Sequence record: OR352942.1
Source: Escherichia phage AV112
Length of the DNA stretch: 64,000 bases
Strand: one strand, 5' to 3'
Under the pieces are notes generated by a model that worked only from the letters and a program-made list of their open reading frames with translations, was not told where the DNA came from and ran no database searches. Positions 1 to 10,528 of this stretch are shown piece by piece (the first letter of the stretch is position 1; the number at the start of each line of letters is the position of its first letter). Both the position numbers and the translations under genes were made by a program.

Positions 1-63
1 CATATCGATAGAACCAGCGATACCGTTAGAAACATATTTGCGTTCGAAGTTGGTGTAGTTCAT
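1..63 (-). CDS. hypothetical protein, N-terminal 21 codons only (gene runs off window start)
   Basis: ATG at 63..61 preceded by GGAGA Shine-Dalgarno; ORF continues past position 1. Confidence 0.35.
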   Translation of the reverse strand, partial: MNYTNFERKYVSNGIAGSIDM

Positions 64-102
64 TTTATTCTCCAGATGTTTAAGTTGTTTGTTGGTACAG
101 GT

Positions 103-133
103 CTATAATAACATAACCTGTACCAAAGTAAAC
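103..133 (-). promoter_or_regulatory. T4-type early promoter
   Basis: minus-strand GTTTAC then 17 nt then TATTAT, upstream of ATG at 63. Confidence 0.45.
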
Positions 134-137
134 ATTT

Positions 138-509
138 TTATTTGATTTTTGTCCACTTAGCTGAATCAATAACACCTTTTGCTTTAATCTTCTCGATTAA
201 TGCCTCTGCGCGATTTCTGGCATTTTCGTACCATACAACATCTTCGGAGTAACCAGTCTCTTCATCTTCGTAAGTTTTAGAACGAATACAACCATAAACT
301 GTAGAATTCAGACGGTAAATTTCACCGGTGAAAAAGTTTTCGATTTCGATATGATAACAAAAATCGTCTGAAGGGCCATCAGGAGTTGTACAATAAACTA
401 CATCGCCTTGAACCGAACGAACCATCCACTGTAACTCGTTAACAACTTGAGATTTATATCCATCATGGTCGCGGCATTTAATTGTAGCATTTAAATTGAT
501 AGTGTTCAT
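138..509 (-). CDS. hypothetical protein (123 aa)
   Basis: ORF with SD-like site; no recognisable motif. Confidence 0.5.
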   Translation of the reverse strand: MNTINLNATIKCRDHDGYKSQVVNELQWMVRSVQGDVVYCTTPDGPSDDFCYHIEIENFFTGEIYRLNSTVYGCIRSKTYEDEETGYSEDVVWYENARNRAEALIEKIKAKGVIDSAKWTKIK

Positions 510-547
510 TTTATTCTCCGGTTGTTTTATTGATTAGGTGGTACAAG

Positions 548-579
548 TCTATAGTAACACATCCTACAGGAGAGTAAAC
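548..579 (-). promoter_or_regulatory. T4-type early promoter
   Basis: minus-strand GTTTAC / TACTAT-like -10 upstream of ORF 138..509. Confidence 0.4.
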
Positions 580-616
580 ATCTTTTTTAAACTTTTTCTG
601 CCATAAACGCACAAAA

Positions 617-634
617 GGGAGACCGAAGTCTCCC
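617..634 (-). terminator. UUCG-tetraloop hairpin followed by U-tract (rho-independent terminator)
   Basis: GGGAGAC-UUCG-GUCUCCC on minus-strand RNA then UUUU; directly after stop of 640..819. Confidence 0.6.
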
Positions 635-639
635 TAAAA

Positions 640-819
640 TTATGCAGCAACCTTTCCAAAACGAGAAGCATCATCTCGAAGAACTGCACGTGCTCTGCGC
701 ATGATCTTCTCAACCGTTTGATTAATACGAGAGTTCGACCCACGCTTGTATCCAGCGCGTTTAGAGGTACCATCAACTTTCTTTTCGACTGCTTTCTTTG
801 CTTTAGCTTGTTTTGCCAT
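640..819 (-). CDS. small basic Lys/Arg-rich protein (59 aa), not in ORF track
   Basis: my translation MAKQAKAKKAVEKKVDGTSKRAGYKRGSNSRINQTVEKIMRRARAVLRDDASRFGKVAA; followed by terminator hairpin. Confidence 0.45.
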   Translation of the reverse strand: MAKQAKAKKAVEKKVDGTSKRAGYKRGSNSRINQTVEKIMRRARAVLRDDASRFGKVAA

Positions 820-1088
820 TATAAATTCTCTTTAAATGAAAATGCAGGACTTATTGACATTGCCTGCGCAAGCCCTCAAGGGGAACATAGGTTTTGGATA
901 TTTAACGACAGGATAACCATAAACCTCGTCATCATACCAACCACGACTTAGACAGATAACCTTTTTCTGACGCGTGATAGTACAAAATACATTCAAGAGG
1001 TACACCGTAAAATTGTCGGGGCGGTACTTCTAAAACATACCGATTCGCAAATCGATAATCAGACAATTCGACGGCTCCTCGATTTAAC

Positions 1089-1337
1089 TTACTTCAGGGT
1101 AATAACAAAATGACGAACTGCTTTACGTGCTGCAGAAGCCAGAGGCTTAGCATATTTCAATTCATCTTTCTGGACCAGGATATCGCGAAGATCGGCTTGT
1201 GCTGGATTCAGATGTTTGAAATACTGTAAGATTTCAAGAGCTTCGGCTTCAACATCAATAGATGCACCGTAATTGTCATGGCCATTATTCCATGCATGGC
1301 GTTGCAGTTCAAGAGCGTGTTGTAATTGTTTAATCAT
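1089..1337 (-). CDS. rIII: rIII lysis-inhibition accessory protein
   Basis: 82 aa, matches T4 rIII size and position next to gene 31. Confidence 0.75.
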   Translation of the reverse strand: MIKQLQHALELQRHAWNNGHDNYGASIDVEAEALEILQYFKHLNPAQADLRDILVQKDELKYAKPLASAARKAVRHFVITLK

Positions 1338-1461
1338 TTTAAATTCTCAATTCGAGATAATATTTAGTAGCCACGTTCGTCTGAATTTCACCTTCTTTCG
1401 ACAAGTCTCTCAGTTGTAGGCTACCGCTTAGAAGAGTGTTCTCTTCATATAGTTATTTATA

Positions 1462-1794
1462 TCACTTATAAAGACACGGAATAGCTTTATAGTGGCATGT
1501 TACGAATTTCTGTTTAATTTCTTTAGGTTGTTTAAGACCCAAAGCCACAAATGGATGTGGAACATTTCGAATTTGTCCAACTGGTAGTGGAGTCAAATCA
1601 CCGACTTCAACAAAACCTTCAGGAACATCAGGACCTACAGAATGAACTACACATAGTTCAGGAACTTCACCTTGAACACGTTTACCAATCACAAGTCCTG
1701 ATTCTGTAACTTCTTCATCACCTGCTTGAGCGGGTTCAGAAACCAGAATGACATATTCACCAACAGCACGAATTGGGAGTTGTACTTCAGACAT
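1462..1794 (-). CDS. 31: gp31 head-assembly co-chaperonin (GroES-like)
   Basis: 110 aa, resembles T4 gp31; synteny rIII-31-cd. Confidence 0.8.
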   Translation of the reverse strand: MSEVQLPIRAVGEYVILVSEPAQAGDEEVTESGLVIGKRVQGEVPELCVVHSVGPDVPEGFVEVGDLTPLPVGQIRNVPHPFVALGLKQPKEIKQKFVTCHYKAIPCLYK

Positions 1795-1851
1795 CTTATT
1801 TCCTTGTTGTTTGACGATAGATTAATAATACTATACTATTTGTAAAGCATA

Positions 1852-2160
1852 TTACATAAGAAGCAAACGTTCTACCGGAGAGCCATCAACCGAAATTACT
1901 TTATCAAGGCGGAAAGAACGCCACTGACCTAACTTGGTATCGAATGCTCGAACTGATTCACGAGGTTCATAACGAACTTCTGTTGCTGGATTGTTATTTT
2001 CATATTTGACTTCAAGTTCATCGCGCGAAGCAAACATAGTGCGTACCTCGCCGTTAGCCTTTTCAAATACAACACAATGAACGCCTACAGACAGAATAGT
2101 TTTAATACGTTCACGAAGAACCATAGTTTCTTGTTCAGTTAAAATCATATTATTCACCAC
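1852..2160 (-). CDS. hypothetical protein (102 aa)
   Basis: ORF between gene 31 and cd. Confidence 0.5.
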   Translation of the reverse strand: MVNNMILTEQETMVLRERIKTILSVGVHCVVFEKANGEVRTMFASRDELEVKYENNNPATEVRYEPRESVRAFDTKLGQWRSFRLDKVISVDGSPVERLLLM

Positions 2161-2731
2161 AAAAGTTTCGGATTTGTTCCCAATTCAGAGAACGAAGATT
2201 ATTACGAGAGTACTGAATTACTTCAATACCGGCTTGTTTTAGAATGTCTGCCCAATTTTCAGGAGATCTGTCATATAATTCTGCGTATACAACCTTTTTA
2301 ATACCTGACTGCGTAATAGCTTTAGTGCAATCAGGACACGGAGAAAGCGTCGTATATAACGTAGCACCTTCAATAGAATTACCTTTACGAGCTGCAAACA
2401 AAATTGCGTTCAGTTCCGCATGGATTTCGTTATTAGCAGACCATGCACTATGAGCCGCTCGATGTTCTTTAGCCAAAACAAAATTATCTGCCCGTCCAAA
2501 TGCCGTAGTGCCTTCTTTATGTCCAGCAACGATGACCGGACTTGGTTTATTCTTCAACCAACCATTTTCAGATGCATGTTCACAACAGTTAATTCCACCT
2601 GCGGGTGAACCATTATATCCAGTAGAGATAATGCGTCCATCTTTTTCAATGACGGCACCAACTTTCCATGAACAACATTTTGATTCTTGAGAAATCAAAT
2701 AAGCAATTTGAAGATACGTGCTAGCTTTCAT
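2150..2731 (-). CDS. cd: dCMP deaminase
   Basis: cytidine/dCMP deaminase zinc motifs HAE...PCxxC (CCEHAS..., HAELNAI, SPCPDC); 193 aa as in T4 Cd. Confidence 0.9.
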   Translation of the reverse strand: MKASTYLQIAYLISQESKCCSWKVGAVIEKDGRIISTGYNGSPAGGINCCEHASENGWLKNKPSPVIVAGHKEGTTAFGRADNFVLAKEHRAAHSAWSANNEIHAELNAILFAARKGNSIEGATLYTTLSPCPDCTKAITQSGIKKVVYAELYDRSPENWADILKQAGIEVIQYSRNNLRSLNWEQIRNFCGE

Positions 2732-3723
2732 TATTGAACCTTATTAATATAAGTTAACAACTCTTTAGTTTGTTCCCAACTGATGCACGCATCGGTAACG
2801 GAAACGCCATAGGACATATTATCAGAAATTTTTTGATTTCCTTCATGTAGGAATGATTCTATCATAATTCCTTTGACCAAATCATTAGCTGCTAAATTTT
2901 TACCAATACCAATTTGATTGCTATAATACCCATCAGCGTTTGCATGGCTACAGTCAACCATTACATAATGATTCAGACCTAATGCACTTGCTTTGTTAGA
3001 AGCTTCTTGAATATCAGAAGAATGATAGTTCGGGCCATTAGTCCCGCCACGCAATACGATATGCGTATTCTGATTACCTTCAGCTTCAACAATGCCTACA
3101 GTACCATCGACATCCATACCCATATACCGATGAGGCCAGGCGGCACTATACATCGCGTCTGTAGCTACTTTAATAGAACCATTGGTTGCGTTCTTGAAGC
3201 CTACGCACATCGGTAGACCTGAAGCAATTTCACGATGTGTCTGACTTTCAGTCGTACGGGCGCCAATAGCAACCCATGAGAAAATACCAGAAAGATACTT
3301 AATCGTGAATGGGTCTAATACTTCAGTTGCTAATGGAAGTCCCATACGTAGAAGTTTACGACACAATGTTCGTGCAACTATAAGACCGTGGTTCATATCA
3401 AAACTTCCGTCAAGATATGGATCATTTACAAGACCTTTCCAACCTACGGTAGTTCGAGGCTTTTCAAAATAAACGCGCATCACTAACAGAACATTAGGAA
3501 GACGAGTTTGAAGTTCAGCCAGACGTTTGCCGTATTCAACAGCAGCAATAGGGTCATGAATTGAACAAGGACCTACAACAATAAGTTTGCGTGGGTCTTC
3601 ACCGTTCATAATCGAATTAACTTGTTCGCGATGAGAAGCCACTTGTGATGCGTAAGCTTCCGACAAAGGAATAATCTCAGCCAGTTCTTTTGGAGAAATA
3701 AGTTTTCTGATGACAGGTAACAT
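2731..3723 (-). CDS. 3-deoxy-7-phosphoheptulonate (DAHP) synthase, class I AroG/AroF-like
   Basis: VVGPCSIHD, MRVYFEKPRTTVGWKGL, AIGARTTESQTHRE, GFKN, HIVLRGG and ESFLHEGNQ motifs line up with E. coli AroG incl. metal ligands. Confidence 0.85.
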   Translation of the reverse strand: MLPVIRKLISPKELAEIIPLSEAYASQVASHREQVNSIMNGEDPRKLIVVGPCSIHDPIAAVEYGKRLAELQTRLPNVLLVMRVYFEKPRTTVGWKGLVNDPYLDGSFDMNHGLIVARTLCRKLLRMGLPLATEVLDPFTIKYLSGIFSWVAIGARTTESQTHREIASGLPMCVGFKNATNGSIKVATDAMYSAAWPHRYMGMDVDGTVGIVEAEGNQNTHIVLRGGTNGPNYHSSDIQEASNKASALGLNHYVMVDCSHANADGYYSNQIGIGKNLAANDLVKGIMIESFLHEGNQKISDNMSYGVSVTDACISWEQTKELLTYINKVQ

Positions 3724-3843
3724 AACAATCCTTAGGAGATATAAACAGATTCTGATTCAACAATACCTTTAACCGGATTAGACAGGCTAAGTTGGTAGTG
3801 CTCAGATTTATGACCATTCATGATAGTAATGAGATAGCTCTCA

Positions 3844-4080
3844 TTATAGTGTTCCATATACTCGAGTTGCTTCAACAAGACCATCACTGCCTAATTTAAG
3901 ATTAGTAATTTGGTCACCATCTTTAGGATTAACGATTATGAGAAAAGAACGAGGAGATTCTTGAATAACTCGTAATGTTGCATCCTGGAAACGTTCAGAC
4001 ACTTTATTGATGAGTGTTTGAGCGAATTCTTTTACTTTAATCTGAAATTCGTGTACTGTAATTGGATTTTCACTTAGCAT
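3844..4080 (-). CDS. hypothetical protein (78 aa)
   Basis: small ORF in the cd-pseT small-gene cluster. Confidence 0.45.
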   Translation of the reverse strand: MLSENPITVHEFQIKVKEFAQTLINKVSERFQDATLRVIQESPRSFLIIVNPKDGDQITNLKLGSDGLVEATRVYGTL

Positions 4081-4107
4081 TTCGATTTCCTCATTTTGGT
4101 AGAGTTA

Positions 4108-4137
4108 ATCATATCACAACTCTACTGTGTTGTAAAC
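4108..4137 (-). promoter_or_regulatory. T4-type early promoter
   Basis: minus-strand GTTTAC, 18 nt, TG-n-TATGAT, upstream of ORF 3844..4080. Confidence 0.45.
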
Positions 4138-4413
4138 TTAAATTGCAAAACATTTAATTTCTTGTGAATCGAAATCAACTTCACATTGAATTACTAGATC
4201 AGCGTCAAGTCCAAACACAACAATCACATGAGCCGAGCTTGGCAACAGTGTAACAGACACAGAATCCACTTGGTCTGGCACCAGCGTATTCAAAACGTAG
4301 AGTAGTTCAGAGTGGATCTTAAGCTCGGTGGCCGTATCCGGCTTATCAAAGAAATGATTTGCGATAATCTGACTAAAAACTACCTTTACAATTTCAGAAT
4401 ATTTAGGGAACAT
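4138..4413 (-). CDS. hypothetical protein (91 aa)
   Basis: small ORF, cd-pseT cluster. Confidence 0.45.
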   Translation of the reverse strand: MFPKYSEIVKVVFSQIIANHFFDKPDTATELKIHSELLYVLNTLVPDQVDSVSVTLLPSSAHVIVVFGLDADLVIQCEVDFDSQEIKCFAI

Positions 4414-4420
4414 AATTACC

Positions 4421-4645
4421 TCAGTGCACAGTATTTACTTTAACTCGAACAACAAATCGCTCGGTTGGTTCACCTACAGGAACAAACTCTACATGATATT
4501 CACCTTTGTAACGAGTATTCAGGTCGTTACGAATTTCGGTAAGCTTGTTGATTAATGTAGAACTCATATTAAGTCCCACTAGTTTACGAAGCATTTTGTA
4601 TGCTTCATCTTCGATTTCATGATGTTTATCGTACATAGTTTTCAT
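4421..4645 (-). CDS. hypothetical protein (74 aa)
   Basis: small ORF, cd-pseT cluster. Confidence 0.45.
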   Translation of the reverse strand: MKTMYDKHHEIEDEAYKMLRKLVGLNMSSTLINKLTEIRNDLNTRYKGEYHVEFVPVGEPTERFVVRVKVNTVH

Positions 4646-4816
4646 TTAACCATTCAATTGCCTGGTCGACGTTATCAAATATACTGCCGTCCAACCATTC
4701 TTCATGTTCATAGTCCAGCACATCAATACCGAACCGTCCATTTACTAAAGGCCATACTACAAACAAATATTCTTTATGCTGTTCGATGGCCTCAATCACT
4801 TCATATAATCGTTTCA

Positions 4817-4817
<1 letters not shown>
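4626..4817 (-). CDS. hypothetical protein (63 aa)
   Basis: small ORF abutting pseT stop. Confidence 0.4.
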
Positions 4818-5903
<1,086 letters not shown>

Positions 5904-5904
<1 letters not shown>

Positions 5905-6203
5905 TATTTTATTCCTAAGAAAATTTCAAGAATACGAATGTTATGCTCGCGCCGGTCTTTATTAATTTCAGCAACGTTTTTATTAATTGACGTACTTCTA
6001 ACGTTTGAAGAAATAAATTTAATCATATGACTTTTGAGTTGTTGCAAATCCAACCCTTTTTCTTTAGCAGCTTTACGAAGAGCTTTACCTGCTTCATCTA
6101 GTGCCTTTGCTGCATCTTTGTCATAATTGCCAAGTGACATTCCACGGCAGATATCAATATACTCATCAGACCGTTTGATGTAATTCTCTAGTAATGTTTT
6201 CAT
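5904..6203 (-). CDS. hypothetical protein (99 aa)
   Basis: ORF downstream of early promoter at 6232..6261. Confidence 0.5.
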
Positions 6204-6231
6204 TTAGATTTCCTCAATTATCCATAGGAGC

Positions 6232-6261
6232 ATTATACTCTGCTCCTGAGAGTTTGTAAAC
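6232..6261 (-). promoter_or_regulatory. T4-type early promoter
   Basis: minus-strand GTTTAC, 18 nt, TATAAT; -10 sits in loop of dyad GGAGCA...TGCTCC. Confidence 0.5.
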
Positions 6262-6485
6262 TATTTTACTAAAGATTCAATATACTCGTGAAGGGCTTTA
6301 GTCGCTACTGCCCACTTATTCTGATATTCATTTTTCAGATTAGCACGAGACTGAACTAACAAGCGGTCATTAGTCGGAGGCAAAGATTCTAATCGTTGAA
6401 TCTGTCGCCCATAAATCATAGCCGCCATTTCAGATTCATAGATAAGCCCTTTAATGTATTCATGCTGTTCTTTAGTCATTGGCAT
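6261..6485 (-). CDS. hypothetical protein (74 aa)
   Basis: small ORF. Confidence 0.45.
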   Translation of the reverse strand: MPMTKEQHEYIKGLIYESEMAAMIYGRQIQRLESLPPTNDRLLVQSRANLKNEYQNKWAVATKALHEYIESLVK

Positions 6486-6766
6486 TTTTCCTCTTTTAAA
6501 CCACTACGATAATAACATAACATAGTCTTCTGGTCATGTATATATCTTTTTACGTCGTTTAACCAGATACGAAATTCTTGAGAGTCTTCAAATGGCATTC
6601 CAACCCATGGATTACCATCAATAACCTTTACTTGCCATTTCTGGTTATATTCAACAATAGATTCAGGCCATGGCGGATGTAAAGTTTCTTTAGGGCTTAA
6701 GGGCACATCCTGGGCACATCCAGCCAAAATACCAATAGATAATACAACTGTGGTTAATTTAATCAT
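6476..6766 (-). CDS. predicted lipoprotein (96 aa)
   Basis: signal peptide with lipobox LAGC at N-terminus. Confidence 0.5.
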   Translation of the reverse strand: MIKLTTVVLSIGILAGCAQDVPLSPKETLHPPWPESIVEYNQKWQVKVIDGNPWVGMPFEDSQEFRIWLNDVKRYIHDQKTMLCYYRSGLKEEKCQ

Positions 6767-7119
6767 TCTGAGAGCTTCCTGAGGTCTTCTGCAAAGGAAT
6801 CGAAGGACTTGTTGATTTGTTTTTCGACCAATCCTGGTTTACTTGCCACCACGTTCTTCTTCTTCGAATCCTTACGGAGCTTTTCATTTTCGGCCTTAAG
6901 TTGGTCAACTAAAACACGGTTCTTATAAATCATTTCTTCGATTGACTGATATTGAACCTTGAAGTCGTCTAATACTTTAGCATTGTTTTTAGCAGTCTCT
7001 TTAACAGAAGCTAATTCATTATTCAACGAATCAACTTTGTTGTTTAAGACAACTATTGTTAGCGTAGAAACTAGAGCAAAAGCTGCTACCATAGCATAAA
7101 TCGGATTTACTTTAAGCAT
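6763..7119 (-). CDS. hypothetical membrane-anchored coiled-coil protein (118 aa)
   Basis: N-terminal hydrophobic helix then Lys/Glu-rich heptad-like region. Confidence 0.45.
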   Translation of the reverse strand: MLKVNPIYAMVAAFALVSTLTIVVLNNKVDSLNNELASVKETAKNNAKVLDDFKVQYQSIEEMIYKNRVLVDQLKAENEKLRKDSKKKNVVASKPGLVEKQINKSFDSFAEDLRKLSE

Positions 7120-7607
7120 GTTTTAATAATCTCAATGATTTCATCTCGGGATAATCCATTGATAAGAACGGTTTTCGGACCATCACACTGGATTTTGTAC
7201 GATTCAAACAATACACACAACTCTTCTGCTGTATGATACGGACTTGAAATTCCGAGGCGATTGAATTTGTCGGTAAGAGGGTCGCAAATAATGTAGAATT
7301 TTATACCTGAGATATGTACGTTTGGTTGACTAATATTAATGAACACATTAGCGTCATATTTAGTCAAATTGTTTTGAAGAAATTCTACCATGGCATTAAC
7401 TGCTTCCGGCATCGCTTCACGTTTCTCTTCGGTGTAACGTGTTGAATATTCCTTTTGCTTTAACTTCTTTTTAGCATTTTTCGCTAGAGTAGTACGAAGG
7501 TCCGTAAGATAACCAACTGCACGGCCTTTCTTAAAGACTCGGATTCCATCTGTAGAATCACCAAATGCTGCCACAACCATATCGTTAGTAATCAATTGCA
7601 TATTCAT
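7107..7607 (-). CDS. alc: probable Alc (host transcription elongation inhibitor), start at internal ATG
   Basis: 167 aa from ATG at 7607 with GGAGA SD; position between pseT cluster and rnlA as in T4; size match only. Confidence 0.45.
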   Translation of the reverse strand: MNMQLITNDMVVAAFGDSTDGIRVFKKGRAVGYLTDLRTTLAKNAKKKLKQKEYSTRYTEEKREAMPEAVNAMVEFLQNNLTKYDANVFINISQPNVHISGIKFYIICDPLTDKFNRLGISSPYHTAEELCVLFESYKIQCDGPKTVLINGLSRDEIIEIIKTCLK

Positions 7608-7669
7608 AATTTTCTCCTCGTGTTGTTGATAAAAGCCATAGTAACACCTTCCTTGGTGTTTGTAAACCA

Positions 7670-8803
<1,134 letters not shown>

Positions 8804-8822
8804 TCAGTTAGTTTTTTTTTAA

Positions 8823-8852
8823 ATTGTACCACAATCCTTGTGGCATGTAAAC
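8823..8852 (-). promoter_or_regulatory. T4-type early promoter
   Basis: minus-strand GTTTAC, 18 nt, TACAAT upstream of rnlA. Confidence 0.45.
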
Positions 8853-9262
8853 TACTTTTTCTTATGTTGGATATTCCAAGGCGGGTTGAACTTTTTGATA
8901 AAAAGCGGTTCTTCAAGGTCCATTGTTGCGATGGTCATTGAACCAAGTTCGTTGGTGACTGAAAGGTCAAAACATTGGCGGGCCCAGAATTCAACCTTTT
9001 TGCCTTGCATTAAGGCATCCAAAATCATAAGTGATTTTCTTGAATCTGAAGTCTGGTCTTTTCGATTTATGGCTGTTCGATAATAGTTAATGCGTTTCTT
9101 TAAATTCTTGGTTTTACCAATATACACAAGCTCGTCATCTATAGCAATAGCGTATATGACATTTTTCTTATTAGGGACATCAACTGTTTTAATTGTTGCA
9201 TCTTCTAATAGCTCCAATTCTGTATATTTAATAAAGGAATATTCGGCGGCAATATCTTTCAT
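8852..9262 (-). CDS. denA: endonuclease II (GIY-YIG family)
   Basis: 136 aa, GIY-YIG core IYAIAIDDELVYIGKTKNLKKRINYY; matches T4 EndoII. Confidence 0.85.
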   Translation of the reverse strand: MKDIAAEYSFIKYTELELLEDATIKTVDVPNKKNVIYAIAIDDELVYIGKTKNLKKRINYYRTAINRKDQTSDSRKSLMILDALMQGKKVEFWARQCFDLSVTNELGSMTIATMDLEEPLFIKKFNPPWNIQHKKK

Positions 9263-9288
9263 AATAAAGTGGGACCGAAGTCCCGTCC

Positions 9289-10467
9289 TTAGAAATATTT
9301 TTTGTATGAATTGATTACATTTTGGTCTACATCATTATCAATTTGTGCGACAAGATAAGAACTGATTTCAACTTCCTGAGGAGCTGCTTGAACTAAATCA
9401 GAGTTCAGATATTCACGAATCCAAGGATACGGATGCTTGGTCGGAGCATCAGTGATTGGGCAGGGTAAACCACACTGTTTCATACGAGACACAGTCAAGT
9501 AATCAACAAAAGCACACATACTCTGCGTATTGATACCTGGACATGTACCGTCTTTAAAGAGGTGTGCAGCCCATTCCTTCTCTTGACTATTTACTTCCAT
9601 AAAAATGCCAACTGCTTCTTGTTCACATTCTTTAGCAATTTGAACCCACTCATCACCGTCAGTACCAGATTGAAGTTGACGGATAATGTACTGAGTACCC
9701 TTGAGGTGGAGTTGTTCGTCACGAGCAATGAACTTCATAATCTTTGCATTACCTTCCATAATTTCCATATTTTTATGGAAGTTGAAAGTACATGCGAAAG
9801 ATACATAAAAACGAATAGCTTCCAAGGCGTTAATTACATGAAGGCAAAGATAAAGAGATTTCATTAGCTCACGCTTCCAATATGTCTCATGCTCAATAGC
9901 ATCTTCAATAACGTCTTCGTCTGCATTAATTTCTTTTTGGTATTTGATATCAGCTTTAGCGTTTTCCCAATAACGAGTTTTAACCAGAACATCATCGTAA
10001 TATTTACCTATTGATTCAGCTCGTTTCATGATTGCTTCGTCTAATACAATCTCATCAAATACCTTAGACGGATCGGTATAAAGATTTCGCATAATATGAG
10101 TATACGAACGAGAGTGAATAGTTTCACTGAATGTCCATGTTGCAACCCACGTATCTAATGAAGGGTCAGAAATCAGTGCCATAAGTACCGCAGATGGGGC
10201 CCTGCCTTGGATAGAATCTAATAATGATTGATACTTAAGATTGTTTGTAAAGATGTCCTGTTGGAACTGAGGAAGCTTATTGAACTGTGCAGAGTCCAAC
10301 ATCAAGTTTACCTCTTCGGGACGCCAGAAAAATGACAAGGATTTTTCTATAAGTTCTTCAAAAACTTTATGACGCTGAATATCATACCGGGCGAGGCCGA
10401 GACCAGAACCAAAGAACATCGGTTCATTCAAAACATCAACTTGTTGTGTGTTAAAAACTGTACTCAT
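9289..10467 (-). CDS. nrdB: ribonucleotide reductase small subunit (no intron)
   Basis: di-iron/tyrosyl radical R2 family; start taken at ATG 10467 (MSTVF); continuous ORF. Confidence 0.88.
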   Translation of the reverse strand: MSTVFNTQQVDVLNEPMFFGSGLGLARYDIQRHKVFEELIEKSLSFFWRPEEVNLMLDSAQFNKLPQFQQDIFTNNLKYQSLLDSIQGRAPSAVLMALISDPSLDTWVATWTFSETIHSRSYTHIMRNLYTDPSKVFDEIVLDEAIMKRAESIGKYYDDVLVKTRYWENAKADIKYQKEINADEDVIEDAIEHETYWKRELMKSLYLCLHVINALEAIRFYVSFACTFNFHKNMEIMEGNAKIMKFIARDEQLHLKGTQYIIRQLQSGTDGDEWVQIAKECEQEAVGIFMEVNSQEKEWAAHLFKDGTCPGINTQSMCAFVDYLTVSRMKQCGLPCPITDAPTKHPYPWIREYLNSDLVQAAPQEVEISSYLVAQIDNDVDQNVINSYKKYF

Positions 10468-10503
10468 TATATTTCTCACTTAGTTTAACTCATCCATGAG
10501 TAA

Positions 10504-10528
10504 ATTATAATCAAAAGTCTTAAAGCTT
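10504..10528 (-). promoter_or_regulatory. possible MotA-dependent middle promoter for nrdB
   Basis: minus-strand AAGCTTTA (MotA-box-like) 11 nt upstream of TATAAT; overlaps nrdA stop. Confidence 0.25.

Noticed and set aside
2244-2690. Plus-strand ORFs of 60-69 aa inside the cd coding region; similar antisense ORFs at 13476..13805, 15571..16050, 17846..18233, 37273..37695 and 41454..41732
   Set aside because: They lie entirely within well-supported genes on the other strand, lack SD sites, and have low-complexity compositions typical of antisense frames.
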